Made by a program: the position numbers and the translations under genes. A stretch of 55,722 nucleotides of DNA, from assembly GCA_040437565.1 (NCBI GenBank), contig JBDOQK010000004.1:868001-923722 (forward strand). The letters are read 5' to 3'. Position 1 is the stretch's first letter. Each line of letters begins with the position of its first letter. Shown here one piece after another: positions 1-12,843 of the stretch. Origin of the DNA: Albugo candida. Lineage: Eukaryota. The notes beneath the pieces were generated by a model that was not told the DNA's origin, searched no databases, and saw only the letters and a program-made list of their open reading frames with translations.

Positions 1-308
1 ATTTGAAGTTCTTTGGGCTGTCAGCGCTCTAGCTAGACTCCAAAAGCCAAAGAAGTGATGGCTTGCGCGCTTTCTTTGCATCCACTGCAATAAGATGAAG
101 CTAGTCCAGATGAAGAATGGAGTAATATGACACCAAGTAATTGCTAAGCTTCCTGAGATCGGTATGCGCGCAAAAATAAAACATTCAGCATTGTTGATTC
201 TAATGTGTTTTACAAGAATTCTATGTGTGGTAGTAGTTGCGACGAAATTGCACCTTGTAGGGTGCGACTTGTGCCAAGTCATATGTAGGATCTAAGTCGC
301 TATGATTA

Positions 309-715
309 CTATGTGTATCCGTTAAACAGTCCTGAGAACTTGGACTGAAAGACAATCAAGGCAAGATCGACATATAGATAGCTCCTGTTCAATCCAACGG
401 AACCAAAGTCGTCGTGTATAGCAAACAGCATCAATACGTCGGAAACGTGACACAATGGATAAAATCTGACCCCCAATGAAATGAAAAGCTTGCGGCTTCT
501 CTCTTTGCCAGTCAACAGAACTCCCACGCACAATATGAACATGAAACAGGACTCGTACAAAATTACAGCACCCTGCGATTGCGTCTCGACTTGAAAAAGA
601 AGAAATCCGATCGCAAACATGACAACGCCAAAGTATCATGATTTGAGGCAGAGCCAACCGGTACGTATTTATAAAACTGAAAGAAACAACTAGAAAGGGT
701 GCCGCAAATTTTCAA
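309..715 (-). pseudogene. Decayed secreted CCG-like protein gene
   Basis: A signal-peptide-like stretch KFAAPFLVVSFSFINT (~660-712) lacks a clean ATG. After a frame change it reads LYESCFMFILCVG (~522-560), one TGC>TTC change from CxxC-x4-G, and resembles FYESCRDCI in the 44411 ORF. Confidence 0.3.
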
Positions 716-1066
716 ATCGGGCATCAATGAGGGATTGCAGCATGAAATGGAGGTGATGGTAGACCAACATCACCGTCAACCACCGTACTGAATCAGAATC
801 GCAGCACTGACTTTACGATTTACTATTATGGACGACAAAGAAGCATGAGGAGGCTGTCAAAGGATGTAACAATAGCAAGTACCGCCAAAATGTATCGCGG
901 CGAAAGCAGAAGATACTACAAGTACGTCAAGCTGACAAGAGAAGTGAGCATGTATCCGATATATTAGTGCAAGCGTACTAGGAACCCTTCTCCTAGGAAA
1001 TTGCAGTACTCTTCGTCCGGCGAAGACGAGCATTCAGCAATCCGGAGGTACTCTCTGCCCATTTTA

Positions 1067-1921
1067 TCATTTCTTACAAATCATACTTTTCCACAATTTT
1101 AGGGGGTTGAAAGAGGGAAAATCTGATTTGGAAGTTGACTGCTGCGCATGTTTCGGTGATGACTTTGATTTTTCAAGCCGGACTATAGCCACAGTGTAAT
1201 CCACACGCATTCCATCCGGACTTCTTTCTAGCTCCATACTATAGTGCAATTGCTCAAGAACTGCCTTTCCAAAAACATATTGACTGTCGGTGCTTTTCAT
1301 TACTCTCAATTCGTTAACCTTGATTTCGTGTAAAGACGGAAATTGCACAATTACAAACGTGGCTTTTGTACGTTCGAATCTTCCAAACAAATCAGCTGGT
1401 ATTTCTAGAGCATCCGTATCCAAAGAAAAGTAGTAATCTCTGGCAAACCATAAGCTCTTATTTGTGTCTTTCACGTCACCAAATGACACAGCCACCTTCA
1501 TATCTTGGACCAATTTGATACCATTGTCTACTATTTCACCATTTTTTTCTTCATAGACACGTTCGAATACCATCATGTCACGTGTCCCAGATGAAGGGAC
1601 TCGAGTGACTCGAGTGTTTGAAGAGAACCCCGCCATTGTTTCTTCACACGTCTCGTGATTCTTCTCGTGTAATATAATCATTTCTAATCCATACGATTCA
1701 ATGCACACATTCTTGCAATCTTCCAGCTTCAAGTTGGCTTGGTCGATGTCTTTCAAAATATCGGGCCAAAGTTTGACTTCGTTGTCTTCAACGTATCTAC
1801 ATCGGTCGCCACTCAATGTGACGCGCATACCATTCGCATACGGGCACGTGCATCGAACTTTATTCACGGCCATTGATAACCTAAATAGTCCAAGAATGAT
1901 ACGACTGCGAAATTCTCTCAT
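1067..1921 (-). CDS. Hypothetical, probably secreted protein (284 aa from ATG 1921; ORF open to 2095)
   Basis: 342-codon uninterrupted ORF in an otherwise decayed region. The internal Met gives MREFRSRIILGLFRLSMAVNKVRC, a weak signal-peptide-like N-terminus followed by several Cys. No recognised domain. Confidence 0.6.
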   Translation of the reverse strand: MREFRSRIILGLFRLSMAVNKVRCTCPYANGMRVTLSGDRCRYVEDNEVKLWPDILKDIDQANLKLEDCKNVCIESYGLEMIILHEKNHETCEETMAGFSSNTRVTRVPSSGTRDMMVFERVYEEKNGEIVDNGIKLVQDMKVAVSFGDVKDTNKSLWFARDYYFSLDTDALEIPADLFGRFERTKATFVIVQFPSLHEIKVNELRVMKSTDSQYVFGKAVLEQLHYSMELERSPDGMRVDYTVAIVRLEKSKSSPKHAQQSTSKSDFPSFNPLKLWKSMICKK

Positions 1922-3869
1922 GTTAAGGGAAATGGGCTGTGTTGTACGGAGTAAATACCAAAATGATACAAAGATTTCCAAAACTTGGCTCAAGTATTTT
2001 GATCGCAGTGTCGTCATCGTCATCAGCTTTGGCCAATTAAAGATATGCAGACCATGGTTGGAACCTCGGTGTTGGCGTACTTTCTGTTGATCCATTCAGA
2101 AAACGCAGTTCTAGATTAAGAAAAAGGTAGCAAGCAGCTGGCTTTTTAGGGTTCAGACCCGTGTGCCCATCCCTACAACAAATCTAGAATACCTTTGAAG
2201 ATCATCAATATGTACCCCATCGCATTTGATTGAGAATAAAAATTTTGCTCTTGATTGCGACAACACTGCTTTATAGAAGAATACGAAGCAGCAGAAAGCA
2301 GCCGTTTCAACAAAAGCAGAATCACATGCGTCTGTTTACCACTATTATGTAGTCTTTGTTCTATAGCATGCATCGATCACAAATTTGGAACATTACACCT
2401 TAAGAAATATTTATATCAGAGAGAATTCATGTATATTTTGATTACTTCCTCTTGTCCACTCATTTTGATAAACCTGAATCAAAATCTGAAAGGTAACACA
2501 AACGCTACATATAAAATACAAAAGTGATAAAATAAGCAAAAAAATTGTCACCGCTTTTTTAAAGACAAAATACGCGAGGTATTCGTGCAGAGAACACTAA
2601 CCAGCGAAATGCCGTCTTGTGGTATGTAAGAACCCGTTTCTAATATTAATTTTTGTGACCATGCTCTTGGCTCACTACAAAGAGATTCTCGCGTTCCACG
2701 AGGGATCAAATTTCATGTATGGTGATCTGTGAATACCTTGCGCTCAGTCGTTATTGTGCAAGTAGTGTGAGAGTCGCTTATATGATACCAGGATTCTCAT
2801 GGCGGGGCTGCGGAAGATTTTTGCAGATAAATTCCTTACAACCGAAAAAAATGGATTAGAAACAGTCTCAACCATAAAGAATATGCTTAATTGGAAGCGA
2901 GTGCACCACAACATCTGCAAAGGAGGCCGGCTCAAGCCTGTACAGCTATCCTATTGGTTTGATAGTGCAGACGATATGGATGTCCCATTTGTTAGACAAG
3001 CGACATCATCGCGCTGCAGCATATGGACTCGATAAATCCAGTTCGTAGTATCTTTGATAGGCGTTCGCATTCGAAATAGAAGTTAGGAGCGAGTACTAAA
3101 TTGTATATTATGATGATCAGCTTCATCAAAATATGGCAGGAATTCAATCGGATATTTCTTAGTCTGTCTCCCACACACACATTTACAAGAAGACGCTCTC
3201 TTTCGCGTTTCTCATATGCTACAAAGGAACTATCAACAAAACCAACCTCATGTCGATTTTTTTCAACTCACCAGCTTTTGGCATCAGCATTTTATCGATA
3301 CAGCTTTCAGATGCGCTTCGAAATGGCAATCGTACAAACAGTTCACGTCTCAGATAACATGCTTATCGATTTTGATATGTGAGATAACATATAAAAGCTA
3401 TGGATAGAGTCACAGCTGCTGAGATTCAATTAGATGAGCAAGGCTCACGATCGGTCTATTGTGAAACATCTCTCCTTCTATATCCATTCAAAAGAGACAC
3501 ACCGCTGCGAATGAAAAGGATAGAGAGAGTAGTGCCAACGGGATCATTGTGCAGCGGCACGCTCAATTAAGGAGGTATTGTCGGGCGATTTCTATTTGTT
3601 CAATGTTAAAAGCCCTACAAGAATGCATTATATCGAGTCTTCATACTAAATCGCTTTTGCCCGCTCTTATCTGTAGATTTTTCAGCTCGCTCATTAGAGT
3701 CTTCATCATTACTATGGCTTCTACAGTCTGATAATAGTTTTACTATGTGCTTGTTGCATCTCAATGATCGTGTTGCGGTATCATCAAGCATCCCTATTTG
3801 TTCATTTACCGTCGACACTTGATCTCACTTGTATGAGAACGTACTTTTGACCTCTCTGTTGGACTTAGA

Positions 3870-6800
3870 TTGACCAGTTTGTTGCCTTCCAGTATCGATC
3901 TGACGGGATTGATGAATTATCGTCACGTCGTTGATCTTAAATGTTGCGTCCCAGTCGTCTTGTATTATTTTCCAATCTGATTTATATGCTCATCAAGTTT
4001 CTTCGCCTGTAACACCAGTAGCTTGTCCTAAGCTTTCATTTGGTGCTTGTAGCTCAAAAAGTAAACGTGCGCCTCTTTTCCTTTCCACTTCTTATAGGCT
4101 ATGGGAAATTCAGACTCAGCAAGACACAACTTGATTGTGAGTCGACTCTCAAAGATCCTATTTCTAGCTGATAATTTTATATACATTTGCTCAAGATCTT
4201 GTTCTTGCCTTGTGACCCGAGACCTCCAATAACTGCGTGAGATGTTCCTTTTCAGCTTTTTTTGGTGAGCAGAATTACGCTTTGCATCAATCTCTGCTTC
4301 AAGGAAGCAGATCGGTATGCTTTCTGTCAATGACTCCAACAGAGATTCCACTAGTCCTTTTCCTAGGCGTGCCTTTGCGTTATGACGGCTCGGAAGCAGC
4401 ATCTTGCAACTTCCTAAACGAGTTCTACCACACGTATCCTATTATTCGATAGCTTCCAATTGGCTCCATTCCTTTGCCGAATACTTTTCCCTGTTTCGCG
4501 ACCTCTCCTCGGAGTAAAGCAACGCTCTTTACCGATTCAGATTTTAGCTCAGCAAATTTTCGCTTCAACCATGTCTTCTGGCAGAGATGGGGTAAAACTC
4601 GACGTTTTTGCGCAAATGCACTCTGCTTCATCTCTCGGCTTCAAAATAAAAGTTTCTGCGCTTAAGCACAAAAAGATTTGATGATAGGTTCAATATGCTG
4701 AGCTTCCTGAAAGCAGTCTCCTTTTCCGAGTATGTAAGTTCGAGGTATCAATACCTTCTCTCCTCGTTCATTTGCCCTCCTTTCTGTAATTTTTGTCGCA
4801 CTATTTTTGTCAATTGATGGATCATATTTTTTGTAGGCGTCCTTCCCAAACTGTTGGATCCTCATTTCTGATTATAGAAAAGGATGTCCAAGAACGATAC
4901 TCTCCTGTTTTGAGTTATTTGAAGGAAAAGTGCTTCCTCACACGGTACGTGAAGTGATATGCTATCGCCATACAACTTTATAATCACGAGTAATCCAGGT
5001 TGTGCTTAGAGTCATCAAATCTTCACTGGGATTAGCGTCTATATCCCTTAGTACATTGTACCTCAGCGCGGTCATGGATTGATATGCTTAAGAGGAACGT
5101 AACCAACGTCTACCATGCGGGTATGCTGGTCCCCTTCCTTTCAGAGCTTTTCTGCTCAACAAACCTTTAATAGAATATTGGTTGAGGTTACAAATGTACA
5201 GCCCGCCACGACTGAAGATCATGTACTGCTTGCCTTCTTGGCTATGTATTGCTACAAGGTCTTGTCTGGATGCGCTGATTTGTAATCATGGCCATCTCCT
5301 TGTAGACTGCCAGACATCTTCCTGAAGCGCTGACTGTCAAATTAGTGGGTAAACAATCTCTTCTTACTGCGTAGAAGCTAGTACCTCCCAAGTATTCTCC
5401 TGTGAATAGTAACATTTTCGCTGACACAAAACTTCTGCGCGCGTACAACTACTTGCTTACGCTCGAATATTTTTTTCTTGTCATAAAGTTCCAATCATAC
5501 GAGCACCAATCTGACAATTTTGTTTCTCGAAAGCGAACAAAGCTTCGATACCAAAATTCACTCGTCGTCTTTGTCTTCTGGTATGACTACTCCTGTAAAG
5601 CAGGTAGCTTTTTTGCTAAAAGGTGTTCACATAATTCTTAACAGAAAATACAAGCAGCTCGACGTCTGTTTGCTACGATTACGACCTGCAGCGAGGCATA
5701 GTCGAAATCTGAATAACATGTAAGGATTCTCTTCTCACAAAAAANNNNNNNNNNNNNNNNNNNNNNNNNNNNNNNNNNNNNNNNNNNNNNNNNNNNNNNN
5801 NNNNNNNNNNNNNNNNNNNNNNNNNNNNNNNNNNNNNNNNNNNNCTCCAACAGAGATTCCACTAGTCCTTTTCCTAGGCGTGCCTTTGCGTTATGACGGC
5901 TCGGAAGCAGCATCTTGCAACTTCCTAAACGAGTTCTACCACACGTATCCTATTATTCGATAGCTTCCAATTGGCTCCATTCCTTTGCCGAATACTTTTC
6001 CCTGTTTCGCGACCTCTCCTCGGAGTAAAGCAACGCTCTTTACCGATTCAGATTTTAGCTCAGCAAATTTTCGCTTCAACCATGTCTTCTGGCAGAGATG
6101 GGGTAAAACTCGACGTTTTTGCGCAAATGCACTCTGCTTCATCTCTCGGCTTCAAAATAAAAGTTTCTGCGCTTAAGCACAAAAAGATTTGATGATAGGT
6201 TCAATATGCTGAGCTTCCTGAAAGCAGTCTCCTTTTCCGAGTATGTAAGTTCGAGGTATCAATACCTTCTCTCCTCGTTCATTTGCCCTCCTTTCTGTAA
6301 TTTTTGTCGCACTATTTTTGTCAATTGATGGATCATATTTTTTGTAGGCGTCCTTCCCAAACTGTTGGATCCTCATTTCTGATTATAGAAAAGGATGTCC
6401 AAGAACGATACTCTCCTGTTTTGAGTTATTTGAAGGAAAAGTGCTTCCTCACACGGTACGTGAAGTGATATGCTATCGCCATACAACTTTATAATCACGA
6501 GTAATCCAGGTTGTGCTTAGAGTCATCAAATCTTCACTGGGATTAGCGTCTATATCCCTTAGTACATTGTACCTCAGCGCGGTCATGGATTGATATGCTT
6601 AAGAGGAACGTAACCAACGTCTACCATGCGGGTATGCTGGTCCCCTTCCTTTCAGAGCTTTTCTGCTCAACAAACCTTTAATAGAATATTGGTTGAGGTT
6701 ACAAATGTACAGCCCGCCACGACTGAAGATCATGTACTGCTTGCCTTCTTGGCTATGTATTGCTACAAGGTCTTGTCTGGATGCGCTGATTTGTAATCAT

Positions 6801-7450
6801 GGCCATCTCCTTGTAGACTGCCAGACATCTTCCTGAAGCGCTGACTGTCAAATTAGTGGGTAAACAATCTCTTCTTACTGCGTAGAAGCTAGTACCTCCC
6901 AAGTATTCTCCTGTGAATAGTAACATTTTCGCTGACACAAAACTTCTGCGCGCGTACAACTACTTGCTTACGCTCGAATATTTTTTTCTTGTCATAAAGT
7001 TCCAATCATACGAGCACCAATCTGACAATTTTGTTTCTCGAAAGCGAACAAAGCTTCGATACCAAAATTCACTCGTCGTCTTTGTCTTCTGGTATGACTA
7101 CTCCTGTAAAGCAGGTAGCTTTTTTGCTAAAAGGTGTTCACATAATTCTTAACAGAAAATACAAGCAGCTCGACGTCTGTTTGCTACGATTACGACCTGC
7201 AGCGAGGCATAGTCGAAATCTGAATAACATGTAAGGATTCTCTTCTCACAAAAAAGCTTCGAAAGCATCATTGTGACTGCTTTGCACAGTCACAATGTTA
7301 TTATTTTGCGCCTTCTTCCCTCTGCTGCTTTATGCTTTAACTACTAAATGCATTCTTATTTTGCTCCATTCGTGATATGGCGTCTCCCGAGGCAAGCGCT
7401 GTATATATAAGCGCCATACTGAGATGCATCCTGAGCTTTGATCATGGAAA
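3870..7450 (-). pseudogene. Heavily decayed gene, basic/coiled-coil with possible IQ-like motifs (partly present twice because of the gap overlap)
   Basis: Chain of short minus-strand ORFs with K/R/E-rich helical composition (4028-4402, 4425-4631, 4662-4865) broken by stops and frameshifts. Family not recognised. Confidence 0.3.
4334..7255. repeat. Direct duplication 4334-5744 = 5845-7255 around the 100-N gap 5745-5844 (probable contig-overlap artefact)
   Basis: The sequence after the gap restarts at ctccaacagagattcc. Identical ORF translations at offset 1511. Confidence 0.9.
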
Positions 7451-7561
7451 GAGTCTGCATAGTTGGTGGATAGTTGTCGTGTTCCAAAATACTTCTATAT
7501 GTTGCTGGGATGATATGAACCGGCTCGCGGTATTTACTTCATAAGCGCTTAAAAGTTACTC

Positions 7562-7783
7562 ATGGACTCAAATTCCGCTCGTTTTTGTGTGTGGTTTTTG
7601 TTGATGTATGTGACAAGGTACGGAGTATCACAGAGCCGCACCCTGCGGGTAACAAATGTAACGGAATATTACGCTTTAGTGATTCATAGATTCCTTAATA
7701 TATTACTAGGTGAGAAAATTGGGATTTACTTTACTCTTAGTGTCCACAAAATTGTCGGCTTGCTAGGAAGCAGTGTCATATGA
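7562..7783 (+). CDS. Short or truncated secreted RXLR-motif candidate (possibly pseudogene or first exon)
   Basis: MDSNSARFCVWFLLMYVTRYGVSQS-RTLR: hydrophobic N-terminus followed directly by RxLR at residues 26-29. No EER; ORF only 73 aa. Confidence 0.35.
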   Translation: MDSNSARFCVWFLLMYVTRYGVSQSRTLRVTNVTEYYALVIHRFLNILLGEKIGIYFTLSVHKIVGLLGSSVI

Positions 7784-8627
7784 TCTCGTATTGATACCAC
7801 TAATGAAGTGTCGAAAAATCACAAAATCGTTTCCGGAGGTTCGAGATATCCTCTCCAACCACATGATTCTGACCAAATCTGGGCCTTCAAGCACAGTAGC
7901 GATATATTGCTTTCTCCATTCCGTCCCACGACACAATAGCAGTCTTGTTGACTCTTGTGACGGGATCTCCAAATGAGAATGCCTGACGATTCTCTTAAAA
8001 TTTCTATTTTCCTTTCCACAAGTCGAAATCTACATTGGTGTCGCGATGAAAGAAATGACAAGCTCCGTGTTTGTGTTATAGTAGTGCTTCAGAAGGTCCA
8101 GTGACATTTCGGAAGGATATTTGGCGTTACCTGTGCCATTGCATGTGCACTTTTCATTCCAGAGTTGATGAAACCCTGCGTAAGATAAGAAGAGAGTTCT
8201 AATGGTTGGCGGTATCCCCTGAATCTGATGCGATGCGAGTGATGTAAAGACTACCGACGTATGGCGCCAATTTGCTCAACCGTGATACCCTTGAAGCAAT
8301 ATTGGGTGGGGTCTAAACGCTGTGATCCCTTCCTTCTTTGGAAAGCGTGCGAAACATTCCGGTATCTTTGCATCGGCCCCTGTATTCAATGTCGCACTTT
8401 TACCACCTCGAACGAGAGACCTGCGTAGACACAATAACACGCTCTGATCCCACGCGAAAATGTCTTGCGATAGTCTAGCATTGCTGTGATATGGACACGT
8501 TGTTCGGAGCCATACGTGTCATTCGATAGGCAGAGACTCGCTATTGGGATATTGTGAAGGCGCTTGCTGGCGGCCACCAAATTTGCAATGACTAAGAAAG
8601 CAATTGGTTGTGGAAAGTATGGAAATT

Positions 8628-9107
8628 TCAATTTGAAAGCCACGTCTCATATCTCTCAGTCAGTAAAATTGGGTGAGGCGATTTGCCCATTAGATCTCTT
8701 TATTACACGGAAATACGTCAAGCCATAGGACAAATAGCACCAAGCCCATCGAATAATGATGTGACGCAGCGTATACGCACTAAAATGAAGTCAACTGGTG
8801 AAAAAGGACAAAGCACTNNNNNNNNNNNNNNNNNNNNNNNNNNNNNNNNNNNNNNNNNNNNNNNNNNNNNNNNNNNNNNNNNNNNNNNNNNNNNNNNNNN
8901 NNNNNNNNNNNNNNNNNTCAATTTGAAAGCCACGTCTCATATCTCTCAGTCAGTAAAATTGGGTGAGGCGATTTGCCCATTAGATCTCTTTATTACACGG
9001 AAATACGTCAAGCCATAGGACAAATAGCACCAAGCCCATCGAATAATGATGTGACGCAGCGTATACGCACTAAAATGAAGTCAACTGGTGAAAAAGGACA
9101 AAGCACT
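8628..9107. repeat. Direct duplication 8628-8817 = 8918-9107 around gap 8818-8917
   Basis: 190 bp repeated at offset 290 across the N run. Confidence 0.9.
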
Positions 9108-9242
9108 TGGCTCGTTCCAGGCCAAGTTTCCAGTCTAATTGCGTCTTTTCTGAGCTGAAGAGATCAGAATTGGAGCCAATCCTTCCGGACTTTGCTCAGG
9201 TTATATCGCATATGCGAAAATGTCTTTCTTTCAAGAGCTATT

Positions 9243-10378
9243 TATCCAAGAAGGTCGAAATAGTACCACTTTCGAGAACCAACAATTAGGGATATTGCAT
9301 CCTTTTCTATTTCTGCACGTAGTGCCGTGAGCAATGAATCTTTTGTGATCCCACTGCAGTGAGTTTCTATCGTACCAATTGACACAATGAGCAACGTTGC
9401 CCACTTTTTAGCAAACTCCGAGAAGCATCGCCTTTCTATCGATCGATAGCAACTCAAATCATTGTGAATTATCTGCAATAAACGTGGATATGATATACAT
9501 GAAGCAAGAGACAGTGATCCCACCGAAAAATTAAGAGCTAGTACGGCGAGCACTGCTTCAAGCGTCTCGTCCGTGGTTGCTTCCTTGGATGAGCCAAAAA
9601 TGATCAAACACCACTTCATTTCGCGGCTCGTAAGCGTGATCTTCCAGTGATGCAAGCTTTATTGAAAACCAAAGGCATTGGGAACTTTCTCAACGATCAA
9701 GACAATAATGGTAATACGGCTTTACATTTTGCTGCCGCAGTATCCAAACACGAGGAGAGTAGCACGATGGTTCAGCTTCTTCTTGAAGCCGGTGCGAATG
9801 TGGATGTTATGAACCATAAATCTCTCGGTCCAAGTGCTGTGCATATACTTACGTTGACCAAGGATGAGCCTAGAATACTATGCATCTTACTCGAATGCGG
9901 TGCGAGTCCGAATGCCAGAGTTGATGAAAGTACGCTTTTGCATATTACAGCACGACGTGGCTTCCCAAAGGTAGCGTATCACTTAGTTCGAAATGGAGCA
10001 TCTCACAGCGCAGGGAATCAGAACGGTTTGATGTGCGTCGAAGTGGCGTCAAACTGTGTGAGATACGCAATGTTTGAAGGAATCAGTTCGACACAACCGT
10101 ACGTTACTATCTCGCATCGTCGTCGCTGCATGTTGTGTGATAGACAATTGTATGGACAGAAGCGGAGAAAACTGTGCATTTTTTTTCATCAATTACTTGG
10201 ACGTGTGAAAAAGGAAAATTCGGAAAACTGGTATCATTGTGGTCCTTTGTACTGCAAGAATTGTTTGATCGAACAGAATCTTTCAAGCACTACACCAATT
10301 CGACTTTATCGATCGAAGGACGACGATTTGTCAAGGCAATTCTTTTGCTTTCAATGTCATTGGATCATACGCACATAA
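9243..10378 (+). pseudogene. Ankyrin-repeat + FYVE-like Zn-finger gene, 5' part disabled, 3' 243-codon ORF open
   Basis: ANK motifs NDQTPLHFAA (9599, just upstream of the ORF start), NGNTALHFAA...LLLEAGANVD and STLLHITARRG. C-terminal CMLC...HCGPLYCKNC...CFQC. One base missing in the A run at 9596-9600 shifts the frame, and the upstream frame has several in-frame stops. Confidence 0.7.
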
Positions 10379-11808
10379 CGTAATCAATCAACACAATGCA
10401 CTCGTATTTACACTCGGTGACACTTTTACTATCGACCCGGCAAATTGCGAGTAAATAGTAATATAAGTGATGTAAAAAAATGTAGATGTGTGTGAGCCTT
10501 TGCTGTCAATCCTCGCAGTGAACACAAGTCTATCTTAAAACAATGTTTTACCCTACTATAGCTGTCACGTCTACATTGTCTCGCTAACGCTATTTGCTTT
10601 AGAATAACCGCCGATTGAATCGATCGTTTTGCATAGACTGTGTGTTTGAAAACAAACCTTGAAGGAAATGGATTTGGCTAGTGCAAAGTCGTACGGAGGG
10701 ATTGGATGCATTAAATAGGCTCATGCGAGCGGAAAGTAACGTGAGGTAAAGCGAGCCTGAGAAGTCAATCGGGCTGTCACAACGGGTGCTCATGCATCTT
10801 ACTATTGGGTCTGAAGCGGATCCGGATCCGATTACGGGTCTGGGTACCGGGTAGCGGGTATACGGAATAACAAGGAGTGGTAGCTAGATAAGCCAGACTT
10901 TTCACCCACTAAATACCCACTAGGTACCGACTAAGTAATACACCACACGGGGGCCGTGTTAAAGAGAGCAGCGAGGCTGCGTTTCGAAGTGCGGACTTAC
11001 AACACTTCCTTAGCTGGTGTTAAGTGAGTAGCATGACCACTTTACAGATCAGCAGATCAAATCAAAGTACGGAGTGATTGAAATACACGGTACATCGCGC
11101 CGCCACATTATCTAAATTGCCATTCACAGAGTTCATACGAAATGCTAAAACGTATGATAACAGGACTTGTTATATATGCAATCGAAATCGCGTTTATACG
11201 AGTGCTATAATCGAGGGAGCATACCGATAATTGGTAACATCGATTTGTGCAGTATGAATCACATAATTGAGAGGCTTTACAGCAAAGCAGAAGGATTTAG
11301 TAAACCACAATAAAGGTGAAAAGAATGCACACTGCGAATTTCGAGACGAGACAGCCAGAACCCGGTTAGCTGACCGTTTGTTAAAGGTATGACTTGAGGA
11401 TTTAGTAGAAACATTTACTGACGGATCTGTGGAAAGAAAGTGGATCTAGACAAGCTAAAAATGAGAAACACTTTTCTCAAGTATGACTTTCGTGGCTGAT
11501 CAAGTTTCAAGAAAAATCACTCTGATTCGGAAACGGTAGGAGCTCATGCTAGCCAGGAGTGTCTATTAACATCTTCAGAACAGACTCACCACCAATTCTA
11601 ACGCCGCATTCATGCGTGCATGAATAGAACCAGTTCATGCTTTCTGTATCTCGTACAGACTAATAGGGGCTTGAAACTCGCAAATATTTCAAGATGGACC
11701 GTGTCCGAGCACTCTCGCGGGTGCATTTGACCATCATACTGTTTAGTTGATGTGTTGTGCTTCTAATGCGTTGGCGACATCACTCTTCTAAATGACAACA
11801 CATTTCTC

Positions 11809-11822
11809 TCATTTTGCATTTA
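11809..11822 (+). promoter_or_regulatory. Oomycete INR-FPR-like core promoter
   Basis: TCATTTTGCATTTA has one mismatch to TCATTYYNCAWTTT and lies ~55-65 nt upstream of ATG 11875. Confidence 0.4.
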
Positions 11823-11874
11823 TATAATAGCGTGGGATTCTATAGCACCTCATCTCCCCTCAAATTCTATAGTG

Positions 11875-12294
11875 ATGCATTTCCAAATCGTAGTGTTTTT
11901 AGCGACGGGCATCACATCATAATAGTCTCTATCTGTTCGTTGTTTTGGAGAGCAACGTAAAGTAGCATTGAGACCGGGTAGCAAAGAGAAAATCTAAATT
12001 TTGCGTGACAAATTCACAATTGGTGCGTTTAAATGAAGATCAGCTCGTAAATAAATGCTAGATTGTGAGTGTTAAGACTAATTTTTCGTAGTGATCAGAA
12101 CCGTCAACAATGATAATACCTTTACCGTTGTGTATCGCAAAAGGCAAAGAGTTGTGCCTCAAATGGCTGATCATGGAAGAGAGCTGGCACTTGAGCTGAT
12201 CGCATTTGGCGGCCGTCGTACCATTGTTTGGTATATTTATCGCAATGGAAACATCAAGGAAAGTTACAGCTGTCATGGAAAAAAAACTTCTTAA
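11875..12294 (+). pseudogene. Decayed small secreted protein gene
   Basis: MHFQIVVFLATGITS (signal-peptide-like) is in frame with ORF 12091-12294 but separated from it by several stops. INR-FPR-like element upstream. Confidence 0.35.
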
Positions 12295-12843
12295 TGCTAG
12301 AATTATAACAAAAATGTCAGAAATTTATATTACCGTGATTTCTGATCGAAACCTTGTCCACCCGTCCAAATCTACTCCTACCTAAGTGATTGCTTCACGT
12401 CGCCTTAATTATGGGCTTCAGTTTCTACAACCGTCAATTTAGTTGTTGCACACGCGGGGCTCGTAATAATGAAAGCAAAAGAAGCCTTCTTTGATCACCT
12501 CTAAGCATTGAGCAGTTGCTCCAACTAGTAAAGTCGATGCTTTACAATGCGAGGGCTCTTGATAAAGTTATTCACACTGATTAGAGCGAGTTTACGATCA
12601 GCGCTACAATTCGTCGTCAGTACGAAAGTACGTACGCCACCAAACACAATACTGTATTAATTTGCGGCGAGATTATGAAGTTCGGGTGCGATAAGAGCCC
12701 ACATTTCTCTCTCAAGAGATATCAGGAATGCTGAGTTCAAGAAAATTGTTCTGATAGTTAGACACATTGCACTATCACAGATAATCAAGCTATTGTTGCT
12801 ATACGCGTGTACTGTCGCACTGTAGGTGTACACATCTGAAAGA

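Noticed and set aside
612-630. CHVC as an Albugo CHxC effector motif
   Set aside because: The frame lacks a valid ATG and the region is frameshifted; a four-residue match is not sufficient.
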